DNA from: Octopus bimaculoides
Lineage: Eukaryota
Direction of reading: 5' to 3'
Assembly: GCF_001194135.2 (NCBI RefSeq)
Contig: NC_068981.1
Coordinates: 167,017,549-167,081,548, forward strand
DNA length: 64,000 nt
Shown here: one piece after another, positions 62,991 through 64,000 of the stretch
Layout of the letters: each line of letters opens with the position of its first letter
Numbering within the stretch: position 1 is the first letter of the stretch
Made by a program: the position numbers and the translations under genes
Notes under the pieces: generated by a model
What the model saw: only the letters and a program-made list of their open reading frames with translations
What the model was told of the DNA's origin: nothing
The model's database searches: none

Positions 62991-63348
62991 GTCATATCTG
63001 ACCCAAATATTCTACTTTGTTTTGTTCAAACTAACCTGAGCTGTCCTCTCACACCTACCCTACAATGTCATTTTGAAAATAAACTATCATATCACCAAAA
63101 TCTCAAAGCCACAAGATAATGCATGGTTAATTCAAATGAATAAGCATTACATTTAACAGATTAAACTGAATGCTAAAGAGTTAAAAGTGAGAATACATTG
63201 AGCAGTCTCAGTACATTCCCTCCTCACTGGCACCTTAGTTTTTTTTTTAGGCATACTGTCTTACAATCCAGAAAATCACATGATCCTCATATTGCAGAAC
63301 ATGTGCAAATCTCCTGTTTACTGCTTCTCCCTTAATTGAGAGACAAAC

Positions 63349-63349
<1 letters not shown>

Positions 63350-63384
<35 letters not shown>

Positions 63385-63712
63385 GTAGAAAGTAACAATA
63401 CACATGCTTTGGACAAAGACAAAACAATTTCCATACATATACAGACACACACATAAAAATACAAAGACAGAAATACACACAGACAAAAACACACACACAC
63501 AGGCACAGAGACATATACAGATATACACACATTACAAAAATAGACATACACATATACACACACATAGGCACAAATACACACTGACACTCACATGCACAAA
63601 TGCACTTAGATACATACACATAAACATACTCACTTACATATCCACATACCAATGCATACACAAAAATAGTACATACATACATGCTGATACACAGACAAAT
63701 ACATATGCTGAA
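63350..63712. repeat. (GA)n and degenerate (CA/TA)-rich simple repeat
   Basis: Direct reading. Explains the overlapping low-complexity ORFs here. Confidence 0.85.
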
Positions 63713-64000
63713 GGCTCCTACAGTTTACAGTCTTCACATCATCAAGCTGGTTGTTGTCTTTTCTAACCACATTGCCTCCTGTAGAAATGAACATTAATGG
63801 GCTTTGTCTGCAAACAAGTTCAGCACTTCTTGCCAAATATACATTTTGCCATTTTCATTGAATAGAAACTGGCCCTTTGGATAAGCATAAATATCCAAGT
63901 TTCAGTTTCCTTCTGCAATGAAATCAATATAGCCAATCAAGCTTTGATGGACAACTGCAATCTTTAAAGGTCAAGCAGTTGATATTGTCTACCACATATT

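Noticed and set aside
63247-63836. Several 68-120 aa ORFs
   Set aside because: They are translations of (CA/TA/GA) simple repeats.

Overview
AT-rich, repeat-dense eukaryotic draft-assembly DNA with eight N gaps. The SINE and LINE families suggest Octopus (inference from recalled repeat sequences; no search run). I reconstructed two spliced protein-coding genes by hand, and they point towards each other. (1) On +, a ubiquitin-conjugating enzyme E2 variant (UBE2V/UEV1/MMS2 family) has three clear exons: 13403-13539, 19902-20027 and 22980-23126. Its start exon was not identified; a candidate microexon lies at 5994-6009. (2) On -, a MEGF9-like single-pass membrane protein has six exons between 54538 and 46979. 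It has an N-terminal FN3-like domain with an ~85-aa loop insertion, three laminin-type EGF modules, a TM helix and a short tail. One exon runs into an assembly gap and the 5' end is unresolved. The rest is decayed mariner/Tc1, hAT and piggyBac-type MITEs, RTE and CR1/L2 LINE fragments, an RLE-type retroelement remnant, tRNA-derived SINEs, a probable non-autonomous Helitron carrying a TTAGGG-type array, and micro- and minisatellites. Recurrent fold-back or inverted duplications stand out, including two elements built from two copies of a transposon 3' end. I see no CRISPR array, rRNA or true tRNA gene. I cannot claim a proven new biological system; the best leads are the FN3-LE-TM receptor architecture, the divergent UEV, and the fold-back and Helitron structures.
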